A stretch of DNA of 64,000 nt from a virus: the IMG/VR virus record IMGVR_UViG_3300045941_000223, positions 13,255 through 77,254 of that record; one strand, given 5' to 3'. Shown piece by piece: positions 38,575-47,782 of this stretch. Under the pieces are notes generated by a model. That model saw only the letters and a list, made by a program, of their open reading frames with translations. It had not been told where the DNA came from and searched no databases. How positions within the stretch are numbered: position 1 is the first letter of the stretch; each line of letters opens with the position of its first letter. The translations under genes were made by a program, and so were the position numbers.

Positions 38575-40037
38575 CGATCCTCAGTATCGCGACTGTTTCC
38601 CGCAACCCGGCGGTTGCCGGTGACGGTCTGCTGGTGCCGTCAGCTATTGGCGTTGCCGCGCCGTACGGCACGCCCGGGCCAATGGTAGGAGGTACCAGCA
38701 CCACGCCGGTCATGGTCGAGATCGGGGCCAAAGCATTCATCATCAATGAACTCGGCCGGGTGTTTGTCGTCGGCCAGCGGGTGCGCGCCAGCGCGGTCGG
38801 CGTTAGCGATGTCTGGATGGAAGGCGTCGTCACCGAATGGCTCAGCAACGAGCGGCGGCTGACGATCGATGTCGATCTCATGTTTGGCGCTGGCGAATAT
38901 GCCGAGTGGGCGATCGGGGTCACCGGCGAGCCGGGGCATATCGGAGCAACCGGGCCGACCGGACCGCAGGGCGCAACGGGACCGCAGGGACCAATCGGCC
39001 CAACCGGGCCATCCGGGTTCAACGGAGGGACGATCACCGGCGATCTGACGATCGACAAGGCAACGCCGCGAATCTCGCTGCAAGCGCCGTTCGGCGGTGG
39101 GCAAAATCAGAGCCGAGGAATCCGGGGCCGCGATGCCACCGGGCTCAATCGCTGGATCGTTCAATTCGGCGATGCCGCGGTCGAGAGCGGCGGGAATACT
39201 GGATCTGACTTCACCATCAATCGCTACACCGATGCCGGGGCACCACTCGGCCTCGATGTCATGAAGGTGGTGCGCAGCACCGGCGCGATCACCTTCAACT
39301 ACCCGGTCACGATCACCGGGGCGGTCACTGTCGGCGGGCAGCTCCACGCATCCGCAGGACCGATCACGCTCAATCAGGCCGCGGCATCGTCGCCACAACT
39401 GACGACCAACTGCTTCGGGCTGCAAGTCGCTGGCACCACCGCGCCGTTTTCCTACCAGATGCGCTTCAACGATTGGGGCCTGCAGTGGGTCATCGGCACC
39501 GGCAGGCTGGAGTACTTCGATTACGCCGGGGCAATCCTGTTCAGCGTCAACGCCAGCGGCGTCCTCGCGGTCTCCGGTGACGGCGTGAAGCCGGGTGGCG
39601 GAAGCTGGTCGGCTCCTTCCGACGAGCGCGTCAAGACCGTCACCGGCGAATACCAGCACGGCATGGTCGAGCTGCGGGAGCTGCAGCCGGTCGTCTACAC
39701 GTACAAGGGCAACGACACGCTCGAAATCCCGCAGGGCGAAGTGCCGTACAAAAATTCGCCCAACTATCAACCAGCCGTGGCAGGCAGGGAATTCGTCGGT
39801 CTGATTGCGCAGGATACCGAGCAGGCGCTTCCCGAGCTGGTCAGGAAAATATCTGGCTACATCGACGGCGCACTGATCGGCGACCTGCGGGTCATGGACA
39901 CCACGCCGCTGATCTTCGCGCTCTTGAATGCCGTCAAGGAGCTGGACGCGCGGGTGCAGGGGCTGGAGAGCGGCACTGCACCGGAAGCGACGGAAGCAAC
40001 CGCACCGGAAACGAAGAAGGCCAAGAAGAAGAGGTAG
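38571..40037 (+). CDS. tail fibre with short collagen stretch and Peptidase_S74 chaperone domain
   Basis: GATGPTGPQG...; SDERVK...LQPVVYTY...GLIAQD...PELV. Confidence 0.82.
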   Translation: MTILSIATVSRNPAVAGDGLLVPSAIGVAAPYGTPGPMVGGTSTTPVMVEIGAKAFIINELGRVFVVGQRVRASAVGVSDVWMEGVVTEWLSNERRLTIDVDLMFGAGEYAEWAIGVTGEPGHIGATGPTGPQGATGPQGPIGPTGPSGFNGGTITGDLTIDKATPRISLQAPFGGGQNQSRGIRGRDATGLNRWIVQFGDAAVESGGNTGSDFTINRYTDAGAPLGLDVMKVVRSTGAITFNYPVTITGAVTVGGQLHASAGPITLNQAAASSPQLTTNCFGLQVAGTTAPFSYQMRFNDWGLQWVIGTGRLEYFDYAGAILFSVNASGVLAVSGDGVKPGGGSWSAPSDERVKTVTGEYQHGMVELRELQPVVYTYKGNDTLEIPQGEVPYKNSPNYQPAVAGREFVGLIAQDTEQALPELVRKISGYIDGALIGDLRVMDTTPLIFALLNAVKELDARVQGLESGTAPEATEATAPETKKAKKKR

Positions 40038-40040
40038 GCC

Positions 40041-40196
40041 ATGGCTTGCCGAGCCTGTGAGGAAACGCGCCGGGTGATCGCCAGCGTCTGGCGGCGGATC
40101 AACGTCCGGCGGCAACAGAAGACGCGTCCGCCGGTGCCGACGCGCGCCAAGCCGACCACGGTCAACGTGCGGCCTCGCCGCTGGCCGCCGCGCTAA
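40041..40196 (+). CDS. small basic CxxC protein
   Basis: SD GAGGT; MACRACEETRR... Confidence 0.45.
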   Translation: MACRACEETRRVIASVWRRINVRRQQKTRPPVPTRAKPTTVNVRPRRWPPR

Positions 40197-40211
40197 ACAA
40201 GCATCGACACA

Positions 40212-40619
40212 TTGAACCATTTGGTGACCAGCGTGCGCCAAGCGCGTGCGATCAGGAACGTCTTCCTCACGATCGTCTCGGCCACGGCCATGATGTTCAC
40301 GTGGGTCGTCGTCAATGAGGTCGATGCTGAACAGCAATCACTGACGCCGCTGACCACCTTCCCGAAGATCAAGATGCCGACCTGCATCAGCGCCCCGATG
40401 CGTGACAAGGTTCGCGGCCTGACCCTCGACGGGCTCGATCAAGCGCTCAAGAACCGGATGGACAAGCTGTTCGACAGTTGGATGAAGGACGACGCCGATC
40501 AGCCGCGGCGCGCACAGCGCGGGCTGGACCAAGCGATCCGCGCCTACGTCGGGTCTCGCTACTTGATGTCCGCATGGGACCCGCCGATTTGCCCGGACAT
40601 GCACGGAGAAAGTCAATGA
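40212..40619 (+). CDS. membrane-anchored or exported protein in the lysis region
   Basis: N-terminal hydrophobic segment; upstream of the endolysins. Confidence 0.55.
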   Translation: MNHLVTSVRQARAIRNVFLTIVSATAMMFTWVVVNEVDAEQQSLTPLTTFPKIKMPTCISAPMRDKVRGLTLDGLDQALKNRMDKLFDSWMKDDADQPRRAQRGLDQAIRAYVGSRYLMSAWDPPICPDMHGESQ

Positions 40620-40912
40620 GCGAGGATCGATCGCCAAACACTCTGGTCGGAGCCGCAGGGCAGACTGCAAGCGAGGTTGTGCAAGGCTTGGGTCAGCAGC
40701 CGGTTCTGCTCGGCCTGATAGTCCTGAACATCATCTTCATCGCGACAGGTGGTTGGTTCCTGCATGAGCTGCGGGCAGGAGCCGGTCAGCGGATGGATAT
40801 GCTCATTGAACGCTGCTTGCCGAAGAGCGTCAGCAGCACCGAGATCCCATTGCCGATCCCCAAGCCGCCTGAAATCGCGTCCGCGCCGCTGCCGCCGGTA
40901 CCAACGGAGTGA
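40616..40912 (+). CDS. single-TM membrane protein, candidate holin or spanin component
   Basis: PVLLGLIVLNIIFIATGGWFL TM helix directly before the endolysin. Confidence 0.55.
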   Translation: MSEDRSPNTLVGAAGQTASEVVQGLGQQPVLLGLIVLNIIFIATGGWFLHELRAGAGQRMDMLIERCLPKSVSSTEIPLPIPKPPEIASAPLPPVPTE

Positions 40913-40915
40913 TCT

Positions 40916-41842
40916 ATGGCGTCGAAACGCAAGCCGCCCAAGCGCAAGCCTAAACCGAAAACCAAACCGAGGGAGGCGCAAGCCATGCCCGTATCGAGAT
41001 TAGGACACTTGCCGAAGTTGAAGGTGCCCGCTTCGAGCACGCCACCGTGGCTATCGACCATGAGGGCGATCAGCGGATGGACCGAAGTGCCCGGCGAAGC
41101 CGACAACCCGAAGATCGTCGGTATGGCCGAGTCGATCGCACAGAATTTTCCAGAGATGGAGTCGTACTGCGATCAGTACCAGCACGACTCGACTCCGTGG
41201 TGCGGTCTGACCGTCGCCTATTGCATGTCGGAGAACGATATCCGGCCGGTGTTCGGCCCGACCGACACCGATAAATTCCTTTGGGCGCAGGCGTGGATCG
41301 ATTGGGGCTTCCCGATCGAGCCGACGCCGGGCTGCGTGATGATCTTCACGAGAGAAGGCGGCGGCCACGTCACGCTGCTGGAAGAGATCACCAGCTCGGG
41401 CGCGTGGAAGTGCCGCGGCGGAAACCAAAGCGACATGGTGAACGTCGCAACGTACACGTCCGGTCTGCTCGGCGCGGTCTGGCCGCCCGGCTACCGGCCG
41501 CCGGTGCCGGTCAAGCCGCCGATGCTCGAAAAGGGTGATACCGGACGGTGGGTCGGGATTGCGCAGAAGCTGCTCAATGCCAACGGCGCAACGCCGGTGC
41601 TCGACGTGGACAGTGACTTCGGTCCGGCGACCGACACCGCCACCCGCGAGTTCCAGCGTGAAAGCGATCTCACCGTCGATGGGGTCATCGGTCCGGATAC
41701 GTGGAAGGCGTTGGCCGCGGGCGTGATCCTGCCGCCCGACCCGGACACGGTCACCGCCGAAGAGGTCGTCAGCGAGATCATGACGGCGATCGAGCCGGTG
41801 ATGACCGAGATTTTGAACAAGTACACGTTCACGATGGAGTAG
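40916..41842 (+). CDS. Endolysin 1: TIGR02594/CHAP-like domain plus PG_binding_1
   Basis: TPWCG...GGGHV...GGNQSD; LEKGDTG...DSDFGPAT...FQRE..L.VDGVIGPDTW. Confidence 0.85.
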   Translation: MASKRKPPKRKPKPKTKPREAQAMPVSRLGHLPKLKVPASSTPPWLSTMRAISGWTEVPGEADNPKIVGMAESIAQNFPEMESYCDQYQHDSTPWCGLTVAYCMSENDIRPVFGPTDTDKFLWAQAWIDWGFPIEPTPGCVMIFTREGGGHVTLLEEITSSGAWKCRGGNQSDMVNVATYTSGLLGAVWPPGYRPPVPVKPPMLEKGDTGRWVGIAQKLLNANGATPVLDVDSDFGPATDTATREFQRESDLTVDGVIGPDTWKALAAGVILPPDPDTVTAEEVVSEIMTAIEPVMTEILNKYTFTME

Positions 41843-41846
41843 TCCG

Positions 41847-42620
41847 ATGGCAACGATCAATCGAAGAGTGCTCGATATCAGCCACCACAATTCGATCAGC
41901 GATTACGACGCCATCAAGGACGCCGGGATCATCGGCATCATCCACAAGGCGACGGAGAGCGATCACTTCATCGACGACGACTACGAGCCGCGCCGCAAGG
42001 AGTTCATCAAGCGTGGATTCCTGTGGGGCGCGTACCACTTCCTGCGGCCCGGGAACATGGTCGAGCAGGCGCGCTTCTTCCTCGACGTGGCGGGCAGCGA
42101 TCCGTCGTATCTCTACTGCCCGGACCATGAGGACGACGGCGTCAGCCTGTCGGATCTCAAGGAGTTCTGCAGAGAGATCGAAAGATTGACCGGCCGCACC
42201 GGCGCGCTCTACAGCGGCCACGTCATCAAGGAACAGCTCTCGGGCAGGGACGACTATCTCGCCACGTGGCGGCTGTGGCTCTGCCACTACTCCAACACCC
42301 CGAGCTGGCCGACCTCGACGTGGCCGCAATGGTATTTGTGGCAGTACGGCGACGGGACTGCCGGGCCACCGCCGCAGGGCTGTCCCGGCGTCACTGGCGG
42401 CGTTGATGTCAACTCATGGAACGGCACCGACGACGAGCTGCGATCGAGCTGGTCGGGCGGCGGCGGGGTGCCGATCGACCCGACAGTCCCGGTGCCGACC
42501 GAGGTCGTGCTCGAACAGCTCACCACGCAGATGCGGCCGGACATGGTCAGCGCCTTGAAGCCGTACAACATCAAGCGCAACGAGCCGCCGCCTGCGGAGC
42601 CGTACCATGGCGACTCGTGA
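41847..42620 (+). CDS. Endolysin 2: GH25 muramidase
   Basis: LDISHHN...HKATE...GAYHF...DHE...LWLCHY...WQY...VDVN. Confidence 0.9.
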   Translation: MATINRRVLDISHHNSISDYDAIKDAGIIGIIHKATESDHFIDDDYEPRRKEFIKRGFLWGAYHFLRPGNMVEQARFFLDVAGSDPSYLYCPDHEDDGVSLSDLKEFCREIERLTGRTGALYSGHVIKEQLSGRDDYLATWRLWLCHYSNTPSWPTSTWPQWYLWQYGDGTAGPPPQGCPGVTGGVDVNSWNGTDDELRSSWSGGGGVPIDPTVPVPTEVVLEQLTTQMRPDMVSALKPYNIKRNEPPPAEPYHGDS

Positions 42621-42804
42621 CGCTCTGCGCGAAGGGCTCGATCTCGGCCTGAAGAACTACGTCGCCAAGCTGGCGGAAGTGCTGATCACCAGCACCGGGG
42701 CCGACGACGGCGAGCTGGTGGAGCACTTCAAGAGCGGACTGGATAAAGCGATCCGCCGCCACGCGAAGGCGGCGGCGGCGCTCGACGAGATGGACGGTCT
42801 TTAG
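42607..42804 (+). CDS. hypothetical protein
   Basis: 65-aa ORF at the end of the late operon. Confidence 0.55.
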   Translation: MATRDALREGLDLGLKNYVAKLAEVLITSTGADDGELVEHFKSGLDKAIRRHAKAAAALDEMDGL

Positions 42805-42819
42805 ACCGTTCTAAGGAGC

Positions 42820-43020
42820 CTACTCCCCACCTTGCCCCGGGCGGTTCCCGGGGCTTTTGTTTTTCCGGTGGGCGAAGATGTGAGAGAGTCTTTTCGGGAC
42901 AACGACCAGACTGTTGCAGAGTTCACAGCACCGCTTGCCGGGCTTCACCGGATCGGCGTTGTGGCCATATCCCTCATAGGTCTCGCGGCAGATCACGCAG
43001 CGTTTCGGTTTTTCGGTCAT
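42820..43020 (-). CDS. small Zn-finger protein
   Basis: CVIC...GYGHNADPV...CCELCN..VVPKR. Confidence 0.65.
   Translation of the reverse strand: MTEKPKRCVICRETYEGYGHNADPVKPGKRCCELCNSLVVVPKRLSHIFAHRKNKSPGNRPGQGGE
42834..42864 (+). terminator. Rho-independent terminator ending the late operon
   Basis: GCCCCGGG-CGGTT-CCCGGGGC followed by TTTTGTTTTT. Confidence 0.8.
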
Positions 43021-43253
43021 GAGGTCACCAGCGTCAGAACGTAGGGCTCATTTTCGTCGAAGCGCTGGATGATCGCCAGCGCGTAGGGGCGGTTGGCGTG
43101 CCACAGCGAGCGCACCGACAGCCCGCACGCCCAGCCGCCGGGCTCGAACTTTGAGCGGTTCGGTCGATGGTGCTCGGCGGCGACCCGTTCGAGCCAGTCG
43201 TAGGAAGCCTCGACCGCTTCGTGGAGTTCGGCATACTCATGCTGCTCGATCAC
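43017..43253 (-). CDS. hypothetical protein
   Basis: GTG start coupled to the upstream gene. Confidence 0.5.
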   Translation of the reverse strand: MIEQHEYAELHEAVEASYDWLERVAAEHHRPNRSKFEPGGWACGLSVRSLWHANRPYALAIIQRFDENEPYVLTLVTS

Positions 43254-43758
43254 GCCCCGGCCTCCATCGGCTCCCCATCGCGCCAACGCTCGACCGAGAT
43301 CCACGGCCGGGCCGCCTTGATCAGCATGGTGCCGCTGATGTGCTGGACCAGCCCGTAGCCGGTGGTGTGCATCAGGGCGAACCATGGGGCCTTCTCGTCG
43401 CTGGCGATCTCGATCACGTGCAGGCCGTGGCCGTTGCCGACCGGCGCGAACCTCCCCTTGGACGACGCCAGATGCGGGCAGGTCTGCAGCGCGTATACCG
43501 CGCATTCGCGATGCATCGGCGGGTCGATGAACAGTCCGTTCTCGACGCACAGCGGGCCGCCGACGAAGTGGATGTGCTTTGCCCAGCCGCTCGCCGCACA
43601 TGCCGCACAGCCGGTTGCGGATGCACTTGGCCAGCCGTTCCTGATCCGACCGTGCGGAAGTCCGGCACCCCGTCCTTGTCCACCAAGGTGACGAAGGTGA
43701 TCGGGTAGCCGCGCCGATCGCGCGGGCGGGCGAGCATGCGAGCCGGGATCTCGGTCAC
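43250..43758 (-). pseudogene. Cys-rich phage protein interrupted by two +1 insertions (pseudogene or sequencing error)
   Basis: Removing one base at about 43646 and one at about 43579 gives ...PDFRTVDQERLAKCIRNRLCGMCGERLGKHIHFVGGPLC...DPPMHRECAVYALQTCPHL. Confidence 0.65.
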
Positions 43759-44000
43759 GCGGTCTCCAGCTCGTCCAGTATCCGATTGGTCGCCCACGTC
43801 TTGCACTCGCGCACGGTATCGAATGTGAGCCTGCCGTGCCCGCCCTGTACGCCCCGCAGGCGGTCGCGCACCGAGTAGGTGTCAGGGTAGACCGTGCTCC
43901 GGTAGTTCGGGCTGATCTCGAAGCGCCCTTCCACGCTTCGCCAGTATCCACGTTCGTCCGCGACAGCGCCCGGAGCGAGGTTGATCCATTTCAGCTTCAA
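43755..44000 (-). CDS. hypothetical protein
   Basis: SD GGAGGT; coupled to neighbours. Confidence 0.55.
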   Translation of the reverse strand: MKLKWINLAPGAVADERGYWRSVEGRFEISPNYRSTVYPDTYSVRDRLRGVQGGHGRLTFDTVRECKTWATNRILDELETA

Positions 44001-44191
44001 GCGTTACCTCCCTTCGTCCGTTCGAGCATGTCGTTGGTCTCTTTGGTGATCCTCTCCATCACCGGGCCGTGCTTGCCGCACCATCCATCGCGGACCGCCC
44101 GGCGTCTGCACTGCTTGCCGTTGTTGAACATCGCGCAGCAGCGCTTGACGCCTTCCGCTTCCAGCTCGCGCCATGTCTTCTTCTCGGTCAT
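43997..44191 (-). CDS. small Cys/His Zn-binding protein
   Basis: RCCA...GKQCRR...WCGKH. Confidence 0.55.
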   Translation of the reverse strand: MTEKKTWRELEAEGVKRCCAMFNNGKQCRRRAVRDGWCGKHGPVMERITKETNDMLERTKGGNA

Positions 44192-44703
44192 GCCGCTTCC
44201 TTTCCCTCTCCGTAGACCGCCAGTGCCCGCGCCCGCAGCTCGGCGTCGCCGCGCGTCATGACCGCCAGCAGCTCGGCCTTCTCGGGCAGGAAGACCGCGG
44301 CGAAGCCGGGGTCGTGCTCGACGATGTCCTTGGCGTTGTCGAGCAGGTCGGCGTACTTGATGGTGTGGGCGGCGGCGTCGGCACCGGCGAGGTTCATCAG
44401 GTCGAGCCGCTTCCGCCGCGCCCGGTTGCCGTCAACCCCGGTCTTCGAGATCCTGGTCAGCCAGAGCACCAGATTGGCCACCCGGTTGCCGAAGCCGTGA
44501 ACCAGCTCGGCGTAGGTGACGTTGGTGTCTTCGAGGGTGTCGTGCAGGAAGGCGGCGGCGACCATCTCGGCGTCGTCGGTCCGCTCGGCGACCAGCCCGG
44601 CCACCCGGATCAGGTGGTTCACGTAGGGCTCTTCGGTGTACTTCCGGACGTGTCCCGCGTGGGCTTCCGTCGCGAACCGAAGTGCTCTGTTTACGAGGTC
44701 CAT
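44188..44703 (-). CDS. HD-domain small alarmone hydrolase (Mesh1/SpoT HD-like)
   Basis: ALRFATEAHAGHVRK..EPYVNH...AAAFLHDTLEDT...FG..VANLV..LT...IKYADLLDN. Confidence 0.85.
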   Translation of the reverse strand: MDLVNRALRFATEAHAGHVRKYTEEPYVNHLIRVAGLVAERTDDAEMVAAAFLHDTLEDTNVTYAELVHGFGNRVANLVLWLTRISKTGVDGNRARRKRLDLMNLAGADAAAHTIKYADLLDNAKDIVEHDPGFAAVFLPEKAELLAVMTRGDAELRARALAVYGEGKEAA

Positions 44704-44704
44704 T

Positions 44705-44800
44705 TCACCACAACCAGAGTGCCATCGTGACGGCGGCAACGAACCAGAACGCATTGTCGAAGCCCGCAGCCGTCATCACAGCCACAGCCGTCTTTTTCAT
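44705..44800 (-). CDS. 31-aa hydrophobic peptide
   Basis: MKKTAVAVMTAAGFDNAFWFVAAVTMALWLW*; first ORF after promoter copy 7 with a strong SD. Confidence 0.5.
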   Translation of the reverse strand: MKKTAVAVMTAAGFDNAFWFVAAVTMALWLW

Positions 44801-44820
44801 CGCTTCTCCCTCCACCCTAT

Positions 44821-44848
44821 ATATAGGTCTTTATGGCCTACTTTCAAG
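44821..44848 (-). promoter_or_regulatory. Repeated promoter/operator (copy 7)
   Basis: CTTGAA-N16-CTATAT with TAGGCCATAAAGACCTA; AAAGCACCCC upstream. Confidence 0.82.
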
Positions 44849-45004
44849 GGGTGCTTTGGGACGCTCGCCGTACAGGGTGACGATCGCTCGGGCGATCTCC
44901 AGTGCGAGCTGGTCGCGCTTGGCCGGGTCGAACGGGACGACCACGGCGTGCAGGGTATCCTTGCCGTCTTGGACGGTGACGGTGAGGTAGACTTTCTCGG
45001 TCAC
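44831..45004 (-). CDS. hypothetical protein
   Basis: GTG start coupled to the upstream gene. Confidence 0.45.
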   Translation of the reverse strand: MTEKVYLTVTVQDGKDTLHAVVVPFDPAKRDQLALEIARAIVTLYGERPKAPLESRP

Positions 45005-45429
45005 GGCTTCACCGTCAGCTTGCGGCACAGCTCTTCGTTCGGCCGATCGCGACAGAACGTCACCAGTGCGTCTTCCACTTCCTTCCGGGTGATCCCTCGC
45101 GGATTCGGTTCTACGTCATCCAGCACGTCCGGACGCACGCGTGGGGGTGGCGGCGGGCGGCCACCCGGCCACCGGTACCACGGCGCGACCGAGTTCTGCC
45201 GCAGCTCGCGTTGCCAGAACCAGAACTCCGGGGGCGCGGGCATGAGATCAGGCCAGCCCGGGCCCGGCGGCTGAACCCGCACGAACGGCACCGGCGGGCC
45301 GAGGTAGCCAGCCCGCGGTGCGTAGGTAAACATGCCGAACCGGCCGAGGTTGGGTCCGGGCTGGATTTGAGCCGTGGCGGCGGTCGAGCAGATCAGCGCC
45401 AGTGCGGCGGCGAACAGGTGACGGATCAT
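45001..45429 (-). CDS. exported Pro-rich protein
   Basis: Signal peptide MIRHLFAAALALICSTAATA. Confidence 0.6.
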   Translation of the reverse strand: MIRHLFAAALALICSTAATAQIQPGPNLGRFGMFTYAPRAGYLGPPVPFVRVQPPGPGWPDLMPAPPEFWFWQRELRQNSVAPWYRWPGGRPPPPPRVRPDVLDDVEPNPRGITRKEVEDALVTFCRDRPNEELCRKLTVKP

Positions 45430-45527
45430 GATGCCAACCACATCAGCAAACAGATCGCTTCCGGCATCACGTTCCACATCAGCACGTAGAAAATATCGCC
45501 GATGGCGCGCAGGATCAGGCGGGTCAT
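45426..45527 (-). CDS. small membrane peptide
   Basis: MTRLILRAIGDIFYVLMW...; coupled. Confidence 0.4.
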   Translation of the reverse strand: MTRLILRAIGDIFYVLMWNVMPEAICLLMWLAS

Positions 45528-45754
45528 GCTTCGTCCATGGCGAAGTCGGTGGCCTGCTCCAGCGTCTTGAACGCCCGGCCGGTGCCCTCGACCGCGTACA
45601 GCGGGCCAAACCGGGAGCCCACGCGCCTGATCCGGCGGCCGTTGACCACCGCGACCGCGGTGGACTTGAAGTGCTCTTCCTGCAGCCGGTTGTACTCTTG
45701 CGGCCCGACGCGATCGATCAGCGCAGCTCGGGCAACAGGATCGTTCCAATTCAC
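45524..45754 (-). CDS. hypothetical protein
   Basis: 76-aa coupled ORF. Confidence 0.6.
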   Translation of the reverse strand: MNWNDPVARAALIDRVGPQEYNRLQEEHFKSTAVAVVNGRRIRRVGSRFGPLYAVEGTGRAFKTLEQATDFAMDEA

Positions 45755-46002
45755 GGTGTCTGCTCCAGCGCCGAGCGCACCTTTTCCTTGGCGGCTCGCA
45801 GGCCGATCATGCCAATTCGCGGGTACAGGGCGGCGGCCGGGTGCTCGCTGTGGAATTCGTAGTTCAGATATTTTCGATGATCGCAGCTAAAGGCCACAAG
45901 CTGTCCGATCTTCTCGCCATCCACATGCACATCGACGTAATCGGACCAGCCGCGCCAGCCACTCTTGAACGGCTCGGACTTGCTGTAGGTGATCTTTTTC
46001 AT
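45751..46002 (-). CDS. hypothetical protein
   Basis: MKKITYSKSE...; coupled. Confidence 0.55.
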   Translation of the reverse strand: MKKITYSKSEPFKSGWRGWSDYVDVHVDGEKIGQLVAFSCDHRKYLNYEFHSEHPAAALYPRIGMIGLRAAKEKVRSALEQTP

Positions 46003-46319
46003 GCGCTTCCTTTCGTTGGCATGCGCTCGGCGAGCTTGCTGCGCCATACGTCCAGCTCTTGCGCGATCAGATCCATGCGGCGCAGATCGGCGGTGGTCGG
46101 GTCTTCGCCGGGGTCGAGCATGTTCATGATGCTCGCAAAGGTGTGCTCGGCACCGGCCATGTAGGCCAGTCGCATCTCGGTGTACTGCACCAGCGGCGCA
46201 TTCTTGGGGATGACGAAGTGGGCGAACGCCGCGAAGCCCGCCTCGATCAGCTTGCCTTCGTCGGCCAGCTTCTTGGTCACACCGGTCGCGATCTCTTCAA
46301 CCTGCTTCGTCTTGTCCAT
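45999..46319 (-). CDS. hypothetical phage protein
   Basis: MDKTKQ...EMRLAYMAGAEH. Confidence 0.6.
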   Translation of the reverse strand: MDKTKQVEEIATGVTKKLADEGKLIEAGFAAFAHFVIPKNAPLVQYTEMRLAYMAGAEHTFASIMNMLDPGEDPTTADLRRMDLIAQELDVWRSKLAERMPTKGSA

Positions 46320-46365
46320 GGCACTCTCGAAAAGGTTGGGCGGCGGGGATCGCCGCCCCTGATGG

Positions 46366-46575
46366 TCATCGACCGTTGTTGGTCTTCTTGCGTGATGCGG
46401 CGCGCGGGGTCGGCGCGGACGCGACTGGTGCCGGTTGAATCGGCATCTTCTGGTAGTAGTAGCCGTCCGGTCGCGACATGAGCCGCGGCTGGAGCCCGGG
46501 GTGGTCGTTGACGTACTGCGCCTCTGCGCCGGACACGGCGACAAGGACGAAGGCGATGGTAGCAAGCAGTCTCAC
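46366..46575 (-). CDS. small exported protein
   Basis: Signal peptide MRLLATIAFVLVAVSGAEA. Confidence 0.6.
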   Translation of the reverse strand: MRLLATIAFVLVAVSGAEAQYVNDHPGLQPRLMSRPDGYYYQKMPIQPAPVASAPTPRAASRKKTNNGR

Positions 46576-46653
46576 TGTTCAGCTCTCCCTCTGGTTCCAC
46601 CACGTTTTGAAGAACCGGCGTTGTCGCGGTGGCCGACAGGCCGGATTGGTTGG

Positions 46654-46896
46654 TCATCTCGGCTTCAGGCTTGACGATCCGGTCTTGTTGCCCCGCGAGT
46701 CGTAGAAGGTGGTCGTCCCGCCGATCGTCGTTGCCGATCCTGTCTTGTTGCCGCGGGCATCGTAGACGTTGGTGGTGGTTCCGGCCGACGACGGCGACAG
46801 CGTGGTCGCCGACCCGGTCTTGTTGCCGCGGGCGTCGTAGAAGCTCTCGGCGTTGGCAGTGGCGACAAGGGCGAGCAGGAACAGCAGGGTCTTCAT
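46654..46896 (-). CDS. small exported protein with three YDxRGNKTGS repeats
   Basis: Signal peptide MKTLLFLLALVATANA; three repeats also visible at DNA level. Confidence 0.7.
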   Translation of the reverse strand: MKTLLFLLALVATANAESFYDARGNKTGSATTLSPSSAGTTTNVYDARGNKTGSATTIGGTTTFYDSRGNKTGSSSLKPR

Positions 46897-47294
46897 TCGT
46901 CTTCATCCTCAAGGTTGTCAGTGCGTTTGAAATTGGCGAACGCCTTGATACGGCGGCCGACCGATTCCAGTTGCTTGAACGATGCCTCCCACAGAGTGAC
47001 CTGATGGGCGACCTGCTCGGCGTGCTCGCGCAATGCCTGATTGGTCTCGATCAGGCCGATGATCAGCTTGTAGAGCACCGCGACTTCCGCTTCGGTCATC
47101 GCTCGCGGCTGCGCCAGCTTCAGTAACTCCGGGCGGTTGGTCAGCATGCCCGGCAGCAGATCCTGCGGTACGGCCAGCGCCTCGACGAACTCGTTCCATG
47201 ATTTCAGCCGGGTCTTGGCCGACAGCTCGGTGATTTGGTCATCCAGCCGCTCGGTCGCGGTCGGCGGGCGCATCTTGGTCAACGGTTCCGTCAT
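46893..47294 (-). CDS. helical hypothetical protein
   Basis: 133-aa coupled ORF. Confidence 0.6.
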   Translation of the reverse strand: MTEPLTKMRPPTATERLDDQITELSAKTRLKSWNEFVEALAVPQDLLPGMLTNRPELLKLAQPRAMTEAEVAVLYKLIIGLIETNQALREHAEQVAHQVTLWEASFKQLESVGRRIKAFANFKRTDNLEDEDE

Positions 47295-47428
47295 CCCTCT
47301 TCCCTTCCTTCATGTCGCCGTAGCAGTCTTGCCAAATCTCCCGGCTGCGCCGTGATCGCTCTTCCCGGCTCAGCTTGCAGACGCGCATCTCTTCGGCCAG
47401 CGCGGCCATCATCACGTGATAGGACCGG

Positions 47429-47782
47429 TCACGCGCCGCCTTGCTCTGCAGCTTCTTCGGCATTCTTGTTGCCTCCACATTTCCAACACGCGACCCGCGT
47501 GGGCACAGTGTCCGGACCGATGAATGCGGTGCCAGCTATGCGCTGAAACCTACCGGCCCTGATCCAGCCGGTGCCGATGCACACGTCGCAGACGACCGGG
47601 CGCTCGTACAGCGGCTTGCCCATCTCGACCACGATCGCCTCGCGCGACGGGCTCACGCCCTTGGCGTAGTGCTCCGCGGCCTCGCGGGTGATGAACGTCC
47701 CATGCGTGGCCATCACGTAATCGCCCGGGGTGTCTTCGTCCTTGCGATCGTCGCGGCAGATGACGATGTAGCGGTAGGTCAC
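47429..47782 (-). CDS. Zn-finger (CxxCxGxG) protein
   Basis: CDVCIGTG...CWKCGG. Confidence 0.55.
   Translation of the reverse strand: MTYRYIVICRDDRKDEDTPGDYVMATHGTFITREAAEHYAKGVSPSREAIVVEMGKPLYERPVVCDVCIGTGWIRAGRFQRIAGTAFIGPDTVPTRVACWKCGGNKNAEEAAEQGGA

Noticed and set aside
8515-40337. Long minus-strand ORFs (8515-10173, 11776-13431, 11865-12935, 29418-31424, 38640-40337 and others)
   Set aside because: Shadow frames of capsid, collagen, repeat and fibre genes.
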